The notes under the pieces were generated by a model. That model was not told the origin of the DNA, did not search any database, and saw nothing but the letters and a program-made list of their open reading frames with translations. From the NCBI GenBank assembly GCA_000708835.1, contig DF237187.1:19953-83952 (forward strand): a stretch of 64,000 nt of DNA, written 5' to 3'. Shown one piece after another: positions 49,713 to 63,400 of this stretch. The stretch's first letter is position 1. Every line of letters starts with the position of its first letter. The stretch comes from Klebsormidium nitens (Eukaryota > Plantae > Klebsormidiophyceae). The position numbers and the translations under genes were made by a program.

Positions 49713-52700
49713 ATGGCTGCGAGTGACTTCTTACCAGAGGACAGTGATCGCAGCTCAGACACCACTGATTTGGGGCAGATGGGTACGGAATTTGTTTATC
49801 AAGAAGAGTTAATGTCTGGGACTGAGGAAGAGTTCAAGAAAATGGAGGATGCAAAGAAGTTGAAGAGGGAGGCGGCACATCGCAGGAAAGCAGAGGCGAG
49901 GCGCGAGAAGGAGCGCATGGAAGAGCTTGAGAAGCAGCAGAGAGAGGTGAGGAGGGCCCCTGGGATTGCCCACTCCGCTCTTGTATGATAGCTGCAAAAT
50001 CTGTTGATATGGTCTGGGGCATAGGTCTTCTGTTCCTGTGTCATCACTTTTTTGATAATGAATGATTGTCCTTTTCTTAAGGATGGTGGTTTTGACTGAT
50101 TTGTGAGCATGCTGTGCTTCATGTCAGCCCATTCAGTGCAAATTGTGCATGATGGCTGCGAGGTCCTGATCTTGCTTGGAAGCACTAGTAGTACCTCTGT
50201 TTCATCTCCAACAAGCGCTGTTCGGTAATCTTCACATACGTGCTTTCAGTGCGCATGCGATCATCTTTTGCAGCTCGAACTATTAGCTACTTTGTAACCC
50301 TCAGTACTGGGTGACCCCCCCACCCCCTTCATCATCATTGCATTCATCTCCTGTACAAAAGTTTGTCCTCGCATCTTTCTGGGTTGTTGGTTAGCGGTTT
50401 CCTGCATCTGTCAAGCTCCCCACTGTTGTCTGATGAGTGATGTGCAAATGAATATACATCTTTTTCTGGTCTCAGATTTTTTTCTGCTGCATGTGGGGGC
50501 AGCAATCATGCACATTACATGAGGCAAACACGTGGAAATGGTGGCTTGTAAGCTTTGATCAACACGATGTAGACGACCGATTTGGTGTCAACAATTGGCC
50601 TTGTGACATCGTTCATTCATGCAGCCCGCTTTTTATGATCGTAGTGATCTGTACCTCAACTGAGATTTTGGTGGAAGTGGGACTGTAGTCAGTACACAAT
50701 TGCCATCAGTTGAGAGGTTAGATGCCTGATCTGCTTTGACAAGGTTCTAGCCAGCAGTCAGAAGTTGCAACACCATGCAGATCAAGTTCAGTGCTTGTTT
50801 AATGTATGATGGTGGGTGTGCGAAGAAGCAAGGGTGTTTTTCTGTGACACAAGGACAGAGTGGTATGCATGGTGTCTGTAAGTTGTTTCTTATGGCTGTT
50901 AAAGGTTACCCTTATCACGATAGGGGGTGCTCCAAACTATGACAGCTCTTCAAACTTCAGAGTGTGTGCATAGATCTCAATGATCTTTGAAGAGGTTGTT
51001 CTGATTCTTTGTAGTTGATCTTTGCTGGGACCGCGTACCAGGTGGACGCTTCTGAGTTGGAAGTCATGTTTACTATGGTGATGGTGTCCCCTTTCTTGCC
51101 AGTTTCTGCTGCCTTGAGCTTCCTGTCGCCGTCATTCGAGTACCAAGTCATTGGAGCTCGTCAATTTGGCTCTCCTCAGCGTTGTGTGTTGTGTTAGCTT
51201 AGGGGATTGGTATTTGTTTGGAGCTCTGTGGCACAGCACAGTCCTGAACTTTTGATCTTCATGGTGGCAAGGCTTTTGTTTGCTCCATCCAAGGAAAGTC
51301 ACACCCATTATCATCCTACCAATTTGGATTGCTTGGTACAGGTGCTCAGCTATGACTCTGTTTCTCCGTTTGGGTTATACTGGAGTTGGATGGTTTGCAA
51401 GCGAGTGGCATGCAGAGTGTCCTTGTTTTTACTTGCCGATCAATTGGTCCAACCAGGCTCAGATATGTTCTGGGCTCTGTGGCATGAGCATGTGAGTAGA
51501 GAAAATCAGAAGTGGAGACCCAAGTTAGCCGTCTGCTGTCGCCTTGGTTGCAATTGGTTCTATTGCTGATGCCGGGTCTCACATTGATTTTTTGGTTTGA
51601 TATGATTGTGAATTGAAGATCTGAGCCTTGTCTGGGTCGATATGATTATGTGGTTTGAAGCTTTGAGCCTTGTTTGGGTCTGCAGCACGTGCGATGTGTG
51701 TGGTGCAATCATGCAGGAAAAACGGAAAAGCTTTTTAAGATGCATAGCAGTGTTCAAGATCTTGTGATTGTAGAAGTGCCAGGTTCGTTGAGACATGTCT
51801 TTCTGGTTTCTGTGTTCTTGACGGGCGCCTTCATCCTTGTAGTTGGTGTAATCCTGCCTGGATTTTTCCTTTTTTCCAAAAACCTTGTATTTGTATTATG
51901 TTCAGACCTCATCATGCGGGCCAGTCATCCTATACTCACCCAGACCTGAACCGAATCGAAAACTTAATAATCCCCACGAGGGCCAGTAATTACAGACTCA
52001 GCCAAACTTGAAATGGTTTGGAAGTCTAAGTCCCACACAAGTCGCACCATTCCTTGCAGGAGATCTTAGCCCTGGTTGAACAGCAGCGCCTGAAGCGCAT
52101 CGAGCAGCAACGCCAGGAGGAAGACCACGGCCGCCACCAGGAAGGTGCCGCGCAAGAGAAGCGCCGCTCAGACGCTCATCAAGCCGTTGAAGCCCACCGG
52201 AATTCAGAAGCCCAGCGGCGGTCCGAGAAGGAGAAGAAGGCTGCGGACGAGAAGAAGGCGCGGGGAGAGGCGGCGCAGAAAGCGCACGAGGCGAAGATGG
52301 CAGCGGAGGCGGCAAAGGCCAAGAGTCAGGCGGCGCAGGAAGCCCAGGCGCAGGCGCAGGCGGCCGCACAGGTGGGGACGCGCGCTTCTTAAGTCAAGGG
52401 TTTGTTTGCGAGGTTTGCAGGAGTGGGAAAGAATGAGGTTTGTTCAGGGCAAGAGTTTGTTCAGAGCCTGTGTGCTCACGCAACCGTTTCCGTTTTTGTT
52501 TTAACTTCAGTTTCGCACCCCTCAATCTCGTCCGTTCAGTCAGTTTTGCCCGCTTCTTTTTCTTTCTCATGATATACCTTCTGGATGCAACTTCTTGTAG
52601 TTGGTGGTTCATACTGAAGATCAGCTTCATTTAGTTGTATCGCATGTGTCGTTCGGTACGAACTCCGCTTATCCAACGTCAATCTTTTACGCTTTATCTT

Positions 52701-55700
52701 GTGCAAGCGACATTTCTCAGGTTGAGCCCGAGAAGCAGCAGCCCTACCCTTTCTCATGCAGCGACGTTTCTCTGAAAAGTGTGTTTCTATTGTATCAGTG
52801 GGAAGTTTCATGGTTGTAGACAATCTTGAAAGAGGAAAGCAATTAAGCTGAACTTTTTCTTCCCAGGCGCAGCTCCAGAAGCAGCAGCATCAGATCCGCG
52901 CCGCCATGGAGAAGAAGCGCCAGTTGGCTCGGGGCCCCCGTAGCGGTGTCGTGAGCGTCCCGCTGACGTCAGGGGTCTCGTCGGTGACGACATCGGAGGG
53001 GGTGGTGCTGCCCATCGAATCAGAGAACACGGAAGTGGTGCTGCAATGGCCCGTCGAAGTTCACAAGGTAAGCGCTGCCCCTGGGAGAAATTGTTGTTCT
53101 ACAAGATATTGGTATTCGGCTCCGTTCGCTCTCAAAAGAAGAGTACTTCCCGCTTCTTGCTGCTTTGAAGAGGGTTTTTCCGACAGCCTTACATGATAGC
53201 TTGCACATTTCATTCTTGATACTGCAGTCTCGTGCTGGCTGTTCGGAACTTTTGAAAGCTCGACCCAGAAGACTGTTTTGGCAGATGCAAGCTGGCACAC
53301 TAAATCTTGGACAAGCGCAAACGGGTCTGAAAAATCTTCTTTCCTCTATTCTTCTTCAGGTGGCTGAGTGCGAGTATCAGGCGGGGGGTACGATGTGCAC
53401 CATGAGAGTGACCCTCCTGGCCGCCGGATTTGTCATTGGGGCCCGAGGCGCGTCGGCCCGCCAGATTGGTCAGCAGACGGGGGCGGTGCTTCAGTCGTGG
53501 ACGGACGAAGACAAGGGTGACGTGGGGCCGTGCCGGGTGTTCCGTATCCAGGGAAAGCGGTCGCAGGTGAGCGTTCTTTGAGAACGCTTTTGGTCGGTTC
53601 CGGGATCGTCTGGTTGGATTGAGGCAGGGCGATCATTGTGATTCTCGTTTTCTGTTATCGTCTGTTGTGGGCTACTGTTGTTGACGTCATGTGTCCATGC
53701 GTACAGCAACTGCTAATTTACGAAGCGTGGTGGATTCTCTTGTCGATCTATGTCACTTGGGACCCTTATGTGACGTCCACGAAACCGCTTCAAAGCAGGC
53801 TTTGGGCAACGGTCTCCACACTGTCAAGCGCTGCTTAGCCGAGCTTTTCAGATCAGTTTTCCTTCTTCTTGTTTGTCAATCTCAGCTTCTCGCCTGAATT
53901 TAACCTCTTACAATATTTTTCCTGATTCTTTCACTCCTAACCCCTCACTTGACCCCCACCCCTCCGCAGGTGCAAGCCACTGTCGCGATGATCGAGCAGG
54001 CCGTCGACAAATACCGCGAGCTGTGCGAGAGCAAGCGGCGGGGGGAGTTCGTCACGCGCGAGCACGTCATCGGGGGGGTCCAATTCCACTACCAGCCACC
54101 CCCCGCCGTGCCATGGTCCCCGTTCTCGTCGACAAGATCACTGGCGAAACCACGGAAGTTACCCTTGGCGCCGAAGACGGGAAAGTGAACTCGCACGTCG
54201 TCACTTCTCGAGCTTCGACCACCCCCGCGCAACAGCAGCAGGGGGTGCCGAAGAGCACTCTCCCGCTCCCCCCCTCGCACGTGAACGGCGCGCTGTTCTC
54301 GCAGATCCTGCAGCAGCGCCGGGGCGGTGATGGGCAGGCGGCGCGCAACATCTCCTCCCCCCCCCAGGCCGCCTGGCAAAGTCCCCCCCCCTCGGTGACG
54401 GCCGCAGGGGCGGCGGTGGATCGGTTTCTTCTGGAGGGGGGTTCGCTCGCAGCACTGGAACAAGCAATGCAACAACAGTCGCTCGCGGAACGGCTTTACC
54501 CGGGGGGTGGTGCGCAGTACGGGCAGATTCCTTCCGGCGGCGGAATGGAGGCGGAACGGATGACGATGGCGGAGCGACTCAAGCAGGCCGAGCGCCTAAG
54601 GCAAGTGGAGCGGTTCGCGGAGCGACTGCAGGCGATGGAACGGTTGCAAGCGGTCGAGCGACTTCAAGCGGCGGAACGGATGCAGGCAGCGGAACGGATG
54701 CACCACCAGCAACTAGACGCGGACCGAATCCATCTCGACCCGCGGGGGGCGGGTCCTTACGGATACGGGGAAGTTTTGTACGCGGATCGTGGGCCCCGTC
54801 CCAGGGGGGATGACCCGTGGGCGAACGCACCCCCCCAAAACGCGGCGTGGGGTTCGGGGGGGTTGTATTCCATGTTCCCAGAGACCAAACCTGGCCCCCC
54901 AAGCAGCCAGCGCAGCTTCAACACCAGCCCGTTCGGTTCCCCACCCTTCGGATCCTCCCCCAGCAGTTTTGGCGGCTCCCCCCCCCTCCAGCCGCTGGGG
55001 ACTTCGGCCCCCCGCCCCATGCAGGCGGCGAGCGGGGGGTATTCCAGCCGGTTCAGCTTCGCCAACGGACAGGGGTCGAGCCCCAACGGCAGTTTTGACA
55101 GCTTTGGCACGCAACCCCCCGAGACGGACGCGGACGACGCGCAGCTGTGCATTGTGTGCATCGAGAGACCCGTCAACGCATGCTTACTGGTGAGGACACG
55201 TGGCACGCGCTGATGGTTTAAGCACTCTTGTTACAGCTTTGTTTTGGTTTTGAGTTTTCCGAATAGAAACGTTTCAGTTGGCGACTTGCTGAGTCCCTTA
55301 CAATGCATTTGTGGGTCTGGCTCCTTTCACTTCCTCCGGAAAGAACTTGGATACCGCTCGAAGAAGGCGCTATTCAGTGTTCGAAACGAAGCAATTGCTG
55401 AAGAACCTGGCGCACAAAGACAAGTGCCGGCCTTCTGTACTTCCTAGATGGTAGTCTGTCGTGCAAGCGGTGTTGCGATTTCCGTTTCAGATCTGACGCT
55501 GACTTCTTTGTTTCATCTGCGCAGACTTGCGGCCACAGTTCGTTTTGCCAGCCGTGCGTGGAGAACCTGCTCAACTGCCCCCTGTGCCACGAAGAGATCG
55601 TGACCGTCCAACCGATTCCCCCTCGCGCTTCCCCCAAGTCGAGCGCCATGCACGGGTTGCACTCTGCCGCCGGGCCGGGTCCGGGGGTGGATTCCCTGTT

Positions 55701-55719
55701 CAACTGGTCGCTCAATTGA
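49713..55719 (+). CDS. KH-domain plus C-terminal C3HC4 RING protein (putative RNA-binding E3 ligase) with N-terminal coiled coil; exons 49713-49946, 52060-52371, 52867-53067, 53360-53566, 53970-55189, 55525-55719; apparent 1-nt deletion at about 54099-54104
   Basis: KH: AAGFVIGARGASARQIGQQTGAVLQSW...FRIQG (GxxG loop). RING: CIVCIERPVNACLL|TCGHSSFCQPCVENLLNCPLCHEEI. Exon 5 is 1220 nt between two phase-0 boundaries, one short of a multiple of 3. Extra exons inside 49947-52059 cannot be excluded. Confidence 0.82.
54560..54700 (+). repeat. Coding 18-bp degenerate repeat (AERLQA / AERMQA)
   Basis: Translation MAERLKQAERLRQVERFAERLQAMERLQAVERLQAAERMQAAERM. Confidence 0.75.
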
Positions 55720-58700
55720 CCCCCCGGAACGAGATGGAAGCGCGCCCCTTACTGAGCGGAGAGAGATCACCCCAGCGAATCCTCGGTTGATGCGAACTAG
55801 GCATGAGAGGAGATGCGAGGGCCCGTCCAAAAGTTTTCGGAGCCCGAAGGGCGGCCGGAAACGCGTCCGAAGGGCGTCGCGTCGAAAGGCGTCCAAAAGG
55901 TGCCCGGAGGGCGGGTTTTGTAGCGTAGCGAATGTGAGTGGTTAAGTGCCATTTCGGAGACTGGGCTCTGTGGTCCGGCTTAGACACGTTGGGAGAATGT
56001 TAGCATAGGCTGCGGGCTGCGGCTGGCTTTGCCTTACCTAGGTTTGGGAGAGACTCCCCAGTAGGCTCTTTGCGGGATCGATTAAGGTGACGACACGTGT
56101 ATAGGGCTCGCCGCCACTGTACAGATTGCGGTTCTTGGTCGAGCGGTGGTGAACACATCAAGAGGGGGAACAGCATCGTTGGCGCCACGTTTCATAGTCG
56201 AACAAGTGTATGCAGTTGCGCGGTGGAGTCGAGCTTCATTCTTTCTCGGGCCCGTTTAGGCTTGGGGGTATAATAGTAAGAGTCGTGGGCAGGACATACT
56301 CGGCGACTCAGATGTGGTTGGAATAAGTACACACGCTCTGGCATATGAAGCGCAGACGCGAATATTGCTTTCATATATAGACAGACACTTACAGATTGGC
56401 AAAAGGAATACGAATGTCGCTGGGCACCTAACGTTGGACATATGCAGTCACCCTGACTTCCGCCCTCGATGTTCTCCTGTATTGAGTTGAGTTGCTTCGT
56501 TTGAAAACTTGCCACCTTTTCTTTTACATCTTATTGTGCAGACCATCGCGCTCTTATATTGTGACAGGAATTGCAGCGTGTTTGTTGCGCTGACCATTTG
56601 GACGAATGTTGCCGCACGCATCATGCGGACGCTCAATGCATGCAGTGTGGCATAATGCCCGGTGCCTTATATGTACCATGTTGGCAGGCGCTATACAGCA
56701 ATATCCGTTGGGGCCGGCCCGCCGGCCCATTGACACGTCGCTATCGATCTGCACGCGGCACCGTCGGATGAACTAAGTTGTCATCTGGCAGGGCCCCCGG
56801 GCCCGATATCGGTGTCGACTATAGTGCAGGACCTTAAACGATTATTTTGGGGGCCGATCTCACTGTGCGGGGCAGCATCTAGCTGCGTAGCTGCCAATCG
56901 CTCGTGCGGCCGGGCCGGCCTGCATTTGATCTACAGGCCAGGTATAAATGCTGGAAGACCGCGTGCACACGCCACGCTCGCTGCCGCGCATATATTGCCG
57001 GTGAGCGGTAATTCACATACATAAGTTCAAAGCTTTATTATCTGCACGTGAAGTACTCAGTCCTTGTTGGCAAAATTTGTCTTGGTGACTCGAAAAACTC
57101 GATCTGTCATAGGTAAACCGATGGGTTAAGTTAAGGATCGGCCCGACGTGACGGTGCACGCATGCAGCACGCAATAATGGACGACGGACGGCTTTGAAGC
57201 CACCGCATGTCTGTCGGACACCTCGATCGATGCCCCTTCTGAGCATTTGATCAAGAGCTCATTGGAATCAATGGTCTGAGCTCAGAAGCCCTCAGTTTGT
57301 CTCCTCGCAGTATGCAGAATGTAGGGAGAGGCTTCCCGTTGCCGCCAGTAAGCTCCTGGGCAAGCGCGTTACAAGGGCCTTCTCTGCGTTCCGTTGACGA
57401 GACTGGTAGGAATGGAAAAATAATGACTGGATCAAAGGAGCTGAATGAGTGCTATGCCTTAGCAAGGAAGCTTCTAACTGAAGTCCTTCTTCTGGGGACC
57501 TGGCACCACAGCCACCACAGCCTTGAGATTCTTTGCCCCCTTGTCGCGTTCAGGCCTGGCTTTGATTGCTTCGAGTTTAGCGGCATGAAGGTGACACACG
57601 TGACGTCTCGATCAGTCTGACAACTTTCTTCCTTTATTCGTTTCTGTAGAATCAAAAGTGCGCCAACGAATTGGTGCAGGTTCGAACATTGTTAAGACTC
57701 CTTGATTGCTGTTGAGACAGATACAAGCTTTTCCTTTGTAAAGCTTATAAAGCCTTGAAGCTCCTTAAGCATGGAAGGTATACTGCAAGACGGTAGGTTT
57801 CTTCTCCACTGGCAGGTAGTAACGTGTCGTCTCTTCGCACAAATAATTCTTTCTTCGGACTTACTACTCAAGTGCACAAAGTTGGGCGTTAAGTCGCACG
57901 AAGTTGGGCATTACGTCGCAATCATTGAATCTCTGCAATAAGCGAGACGCTGGCATATTTGAAAACCCTCGATGCAGACCTCGGATATTGGGCCGCTTGC
58001 CTAACAACCAACGATCCATACGATCATACTATGCGCAGAAAATCCCTCTTTTTCTTTTGGCGACCAGTCGAATCTTTCTTTATTGCTTTCCCGGGCCAGC
58101 TTTGACACAGCATGACCTCTTTGAGGGCCTCATATTCTGCACAGATTCTGCAGCAATCACGCATCCATCAGATCTAAGCACTCAAATTGAACTCAGATAT
58201 GATGGAGTCCCTATTATGCCAGTCACTATCAAGATTTGAACTGCTGCGCCTCAACTCCCGTGCCGAAAAATTGCTGCAGGTTAAGTTGGGCACGCGGCAG
58301 ACGTTGGCGTCCATTTTTGTCTTCATTTTGTGCCAGCTTGTCGGGAAGCTTTGCACAAAGTGACTCAGCAAGAGCCGCGAGTCAGCACATGGCGTGCTCC
58401 TAGCCGCCATGAATTTTGCAGCTGCATCCCAGATCTTGGATGTCCACATAGCTATGATATAGTATAGTTTCCTATCCAAGGAATGGTTGAGGTTGTGTTC
58501 GTCATCCTTATCGACTGTGCCCTTGATCAAGAGATAACAGGGTACTACTAGAATATCTGACTGCATTGCCGGTCAGACTGGCAGGGGCACAACAACGATA
58601 AATGCCGACCAAAATGCCAGTAAACCTCAGCATTTCTTGACCTTCCGGTAAGAGCGGTAAGGGCGTCTGCGTTTTGTACCATGAATCTAGATATCTCGCA

Positions 58701-60490
58701 GAAGTTGTTGGTTCTAAGGCTACGACCTTCCCTGACCTTAAATCAATACTAGTAGCTGTAGAGCCCCTCATGTAGAGTCAAAGGTCACGCCATATGCGAT
58801 TTCTGCTCTACGATTATACTTTTTCATTCTTCCATCTCTACAGCCAGTAATCATTTCTCTATCAAGGGCCCCGGCGTGATGTGACCAACCAGCGCCTGCG
58901 GCTGCAACCAGACGAACCTTTTCGCTTCTGGACAATCGTGTGAAGCTAAGAACACCTGCAATCAAACTTGTCCAAATATGAAAGAAATGATGTATGGTAT
59001 GAGACGTAGTTGTGGGACCGTCGCTTAGGAGTTAAGAAGCGCTCAATGCTTTTATCGCCTAGGCAGCTATGCCACAGCATTTGAGCATTGCATCGTACTG
59101 TGTACGACTTTGATGACCTCCTCAGATCCTCAAAGCCACTGAACTGTGGTGGACGGTCGAGAGGGATCGGAACGGATGCCATCTGGCTCTAGTGCATCTG
59201 ACTGACTGCAGGAATCAAAGTTAAATAAGGCCTTGAATACCTACATCCCTACATTTTTTCGGCACTGACTGGCCGCCCAGGCTCTGCATTGTGCCCAAAC
59301 GTCTGCAAGGCTTAAGAACTCAGTAGACTTCGGCTGAACGTCGTGCTCTCACTGCCCCACGATCTGGGTCTGAGCAATCTCGAAACCGTCGATAAAAGCT
59401 AGATTTAAGCGTCGACGGCCGCGCCAAATTCCGAGCCTTTCACACGAACCTCCGGCAATTAACAAACCAAGAGCTCGAGTCAGAAGCTAGTGTGCGGCCG
59501 CGGGTACTAAACTCAAGGTTCACTGCGGCAGGGATCATATATACTCGAAAGCATAAGCTGGTTGAGAACGTTGCCACATTGCAGTTGCACAGCGCATTAG
59601 CAAATCCAAGCTTGCAGGGTCGCCTCCAGGTATTGAAGGCAGAAGGCTCATCCTTCCTTCGTGTGGCTGATCGTACTGCAGGATTCCCCTCATATTTTGG
59701 CTGGCTGGGCCTCCTGAGGAAGTTGCTACAAAATGGTAGCTTAAAGGCGGCTGCTGAAAGGTCTTGCCGCGCCAGCAACCCTGATGCTGCTGTTTCCCTC
59801 CGCAAGCCCGCGGATAGCAAGCCCGTTGATACGTCAGGATCAACCATTTCTCTCCTGGAGGCTGGTTCGCCTTGACTGGGGTGACTTTAGGTCGCTTTTG
59901 AAGTTCCCTTTGGCTTGGAGGTCAACGCTTCTATGAGCTGAGCTGTTGAAACCCAACCTCAGCGAAGTCTGCAGCCATGGTTCCCTTGTCTCCTCTAGCA
60001 AGAGAGGTTCTTCACACGAGAATGCTGCTGCAAGCAGACTGCAGTCCTGGTCCGAGAGCTACTGCTAGACTGAGGAGCTCACGCAGACACAGAGTTGCAG
60101 CATTGAGCTCTAGCTCGGAAACGGAAGCTATATCAGCACAGCATTCGTGCAGCTTTCCTCATTCCACATTTTCCCGAGAGAGTAGAACAAGGATCATTTG
60201 GAGCCGAGCAAGGAAGATAGGGGTCAGCATTGCAGCTTGTGCGATCCATCTCCTCCAACCAACGCCGGAAAGGCAAAGAACACTTCGCAAGCCGTTTCAA
60301 AGCACGCATTTCAAGCTTCACCTTCCATTCTTTCTGTCTCATCATCAGCTGCATGCAAGATCCAGCTACAAGCTCTCCAAGCTCCTCCCTTTTGCCGGTC
60401 TTATTGTCCAGCAGTGTGATCTGAAGAAGGAGCCAATTGCTCAGACCAGCTGGAGATCATACTGTGAGAAAGCGGCTGACTCCAGCCGCA

Positions 60491-63400
60491 ATGGCTCAAG
60501 CCATGAGAATGTTCCTAGGTCTGTTGCTGGTGTCAGCTCTGACGAGCTCAGGTGCGTGAATTCGCTCTTCTCTTCCTTGTATCAGGACTAGTCTCCTTCC
60601 TTGTACGTTGCTCTGCTGTTCATATGTGATCCATGCTCTCAGTTCTGCAAGCTAGATCAGTACAATGAGCTGATCTTCTTAGGGTAAAAGCTCGAGGAGA
60701 GTGCACTGTTATCTCAACAGATAAGTTTTTGGTGGTCTGGAGCAGAGTCAGAAAAAGCTAGCTAATTAGAAATTAAAGGCTTCTCTCGGAGCTCGACGGG
60801 GTGTGCTAGTGTAATCAGAGCTCAAAACTTGCAAACGTGGCGCTCCTTCCGCTTGTGAAGGATCTTCTCTGACTCCTTCGTCGGGATCAGCTAGCGGGCG
60901 TGCGGAGTGCGTTTGCGACCAATCAAAGGAGGTTCACAGGCATCTTGAGCATGTTGCCTACTTCCGAAGTTATCGCGATAGACGCGCAACTCTAGGCTGC
61001 ACTTGATTCACACCCCTTATAAAGACAGCTTCACACGCCTAGCTGAACTTCAAAAAATGCTTTCTGCAGTGAGTGCTCGGCGGATGCTCCTCGGCAGCTC
61101 AAGGCTCCACATGAAGCGGTCACTACTACAAGGTGAGTAAATACACAATCGACTTAGGACCTCCGCTCTTTTTGAACCAATTTGAGCTCTTTTCAAACGA
61201 ACCTGTCAGGTGAGAAGTGTGGTTGGACTAGCAGATGGGGACTGGGTCTCTCTTAGAGGAGAGCATGAAGGGAGCCTCAGGAATTGCACAACGACTTTGC
61301 AAGATTGCGATGAGCGGAGCCTGCTTACTGATTCAGTATCTCTTCCTGAAATCAAGCATCAGGTGTAGCTCAGAAGGTGACGCAGAAAGGTCAGATCTGG
61401 TTATCTGTGACCCTGAACCTTGTCTCATTTTCTCCAGTCCCCGTAGAAACTGAGGAGCCGCCTCAGCCGTACGCTGCAACCACGTGGTGCGCCACCCTGG
61501 ACTGCCTGACCACAGCCATGTCAGCGGCACAGGTGAGAGCTCTCTTGAGCTCAAAGCCCTTGAATATCATCTAGAAGCAAGCTTCCCCATCTCACGCTTG
61601 GGAATCCTTAATCAGGTTACTTCTTTTCTGTAGTTCTTTGGTTACCCCTGGCCTCCAGTTCCTCTTTCAAAAGCACGTTCGCTACATATAGCTCAAGATT
61701 CTGCTGATTATGATCATTAGTCGCCGAACCAGACCGGATCACGCACTGCCTCTGGATGAACCTCTTCTGTCAATACTCAGTCAATTTACCAATCTTTGCC
61801 TTGGTCAGATGCTTAGCAGGCATTTTCTTTATACAGTAACAACCCCTGCCACGTCATTTTGTCCTAAACCCTATTTTCTTCCCTCGCAGGGCACCAACAA
61901 CAGCATGATCATCGTGACCGAGAACATCGACCTCAAGGGCCAGCCCCTCCCCGCCGTTGTGAACAAGCTCGAGGTGATGGGGAACTGCCCCGACGGCTGC
62001 TGCTGGATCGACGCTCATGGCATGAGCCAGATCTTCGTCGTGACTGGGGAGGGCCGATTCACATCGCACATGCTGGAGATGCGCCGTGGCAAGGCCACTG
62101 GCTGCGGAGGAGCCGTCTGGGTGGCGCAGGGCGGGCGCGCCGGCTTCTTCGGCACCAAGTTCAACAACAACACTGCAGTGGTGAGTCACGCAAGCACAGC
62201 GGTGTCGCAAAGTATTCAGTCGCAGCTCTACGCCTGCACAAATGTTGTTCAGATTGTTGGCCCCCGCGAAGAGCAGCTTTCGAAGCATGGGGGCAATCGC
62301 GCTGACAATCCTCTGTCTTGATCACGTTCGATCTGCACAAGTAGGGCAAAAGTCCCGTTTCTTCAATCTTGCTTGACAGCGTTCCAAGCGCTTGATACTC
62401 CTCATACAGATTCTAGACCTCGACCCAAAAGGTTGGTGAACAAAAACCGGCTTCAAACTGAATTCTTTCTGACCCTCTCGCAGACCGGTGCCGCTGTCTG
62501 CTTCGACAAGGGCGCCAAGGGCTTCTTCAAGCAGGGCAGCTTCAAGAACAACGTCGCGTCTGCGTCCGGCGGAGCCGTCTTCGAGGACCAGAACGTGTGC
62601 GTGACGTACATCGAGACCAACTTCGCGTCTAACCAGGCCAACAGCGGAGGCGCCGTCGCCGTCAGCAACGGCAGCTCTGCTGACGTGCAGTACAGCCTGT
62701 TCGCTACCGACTCCGCCAAGGTGAGCCGCTAGCTTTCTCTCTCCTTGAGCCAAATATTTTGGGAGATACTCAAGCTAGAATGAGGTATTTGAGGCAGTAA
62801 TTGAGGTACATCTGAGATGCATTTGAAGATTGAAGGTGTTCGAAACAGACGCTAAGGTCCTCAAGCACGATGTCTCCAATAAGAGCGGAAGCAATCGCTC
62901 TCGTCGTCTTTGCCAGCATATGCTTCATTCTGGCTCGCGCAATGCAGTGCGGCGTTCTGATCAATTGAGTCACAGACACGGCAAACGTCCCCAACCTTTT
63001 CAAATTTATTCTTTCAATCAAGAAACTCACCTGCGCCGTTCTCTTTTGTCCACAGACCCAAGGAGGTGCCATTGACGCCGCCACCGGATCCGTTATCAGC
63101 GTGACCAACACCCAGTTCGCTGGCTGCACTGCTCCCGTAAGTCACTCCTACCAACTTCTCCCTCTTGAGAAAGTTCGCTTTTCTTGGAACGCTGCAATTG
63201 TCCAGCACGTCCTTTGTCCGAAAGGGCACAGCGGCTTTGCCGAATTGGTAGTAAACATTAGAAGCTAAAGACAGATGTCAGCGCCTGCTGGATATCTTTG
63301 TCTCTTTTGTCGTCAAAGAAGATTTTGATCGATTCAGCCTAAAGCTTGCTCAGGAACTGAAGATGGCCGCCTTACATAAAAAAGTAAAGTCAATCTCGAA

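Noticed and set aside
51599-51680. About 40-bp tandem duplication in KH-RING intron 1 as another acceptor echo
   Set aside because: The tandem is real, but similarity to the exon start (about 14/20) is too weak and there is no preceding AG context.
54067-55206. Multiple 90-150 aa ORFs on both strands
   Set aside because: Shadows of the GC-rich exon 5 of the KH-RING gene.
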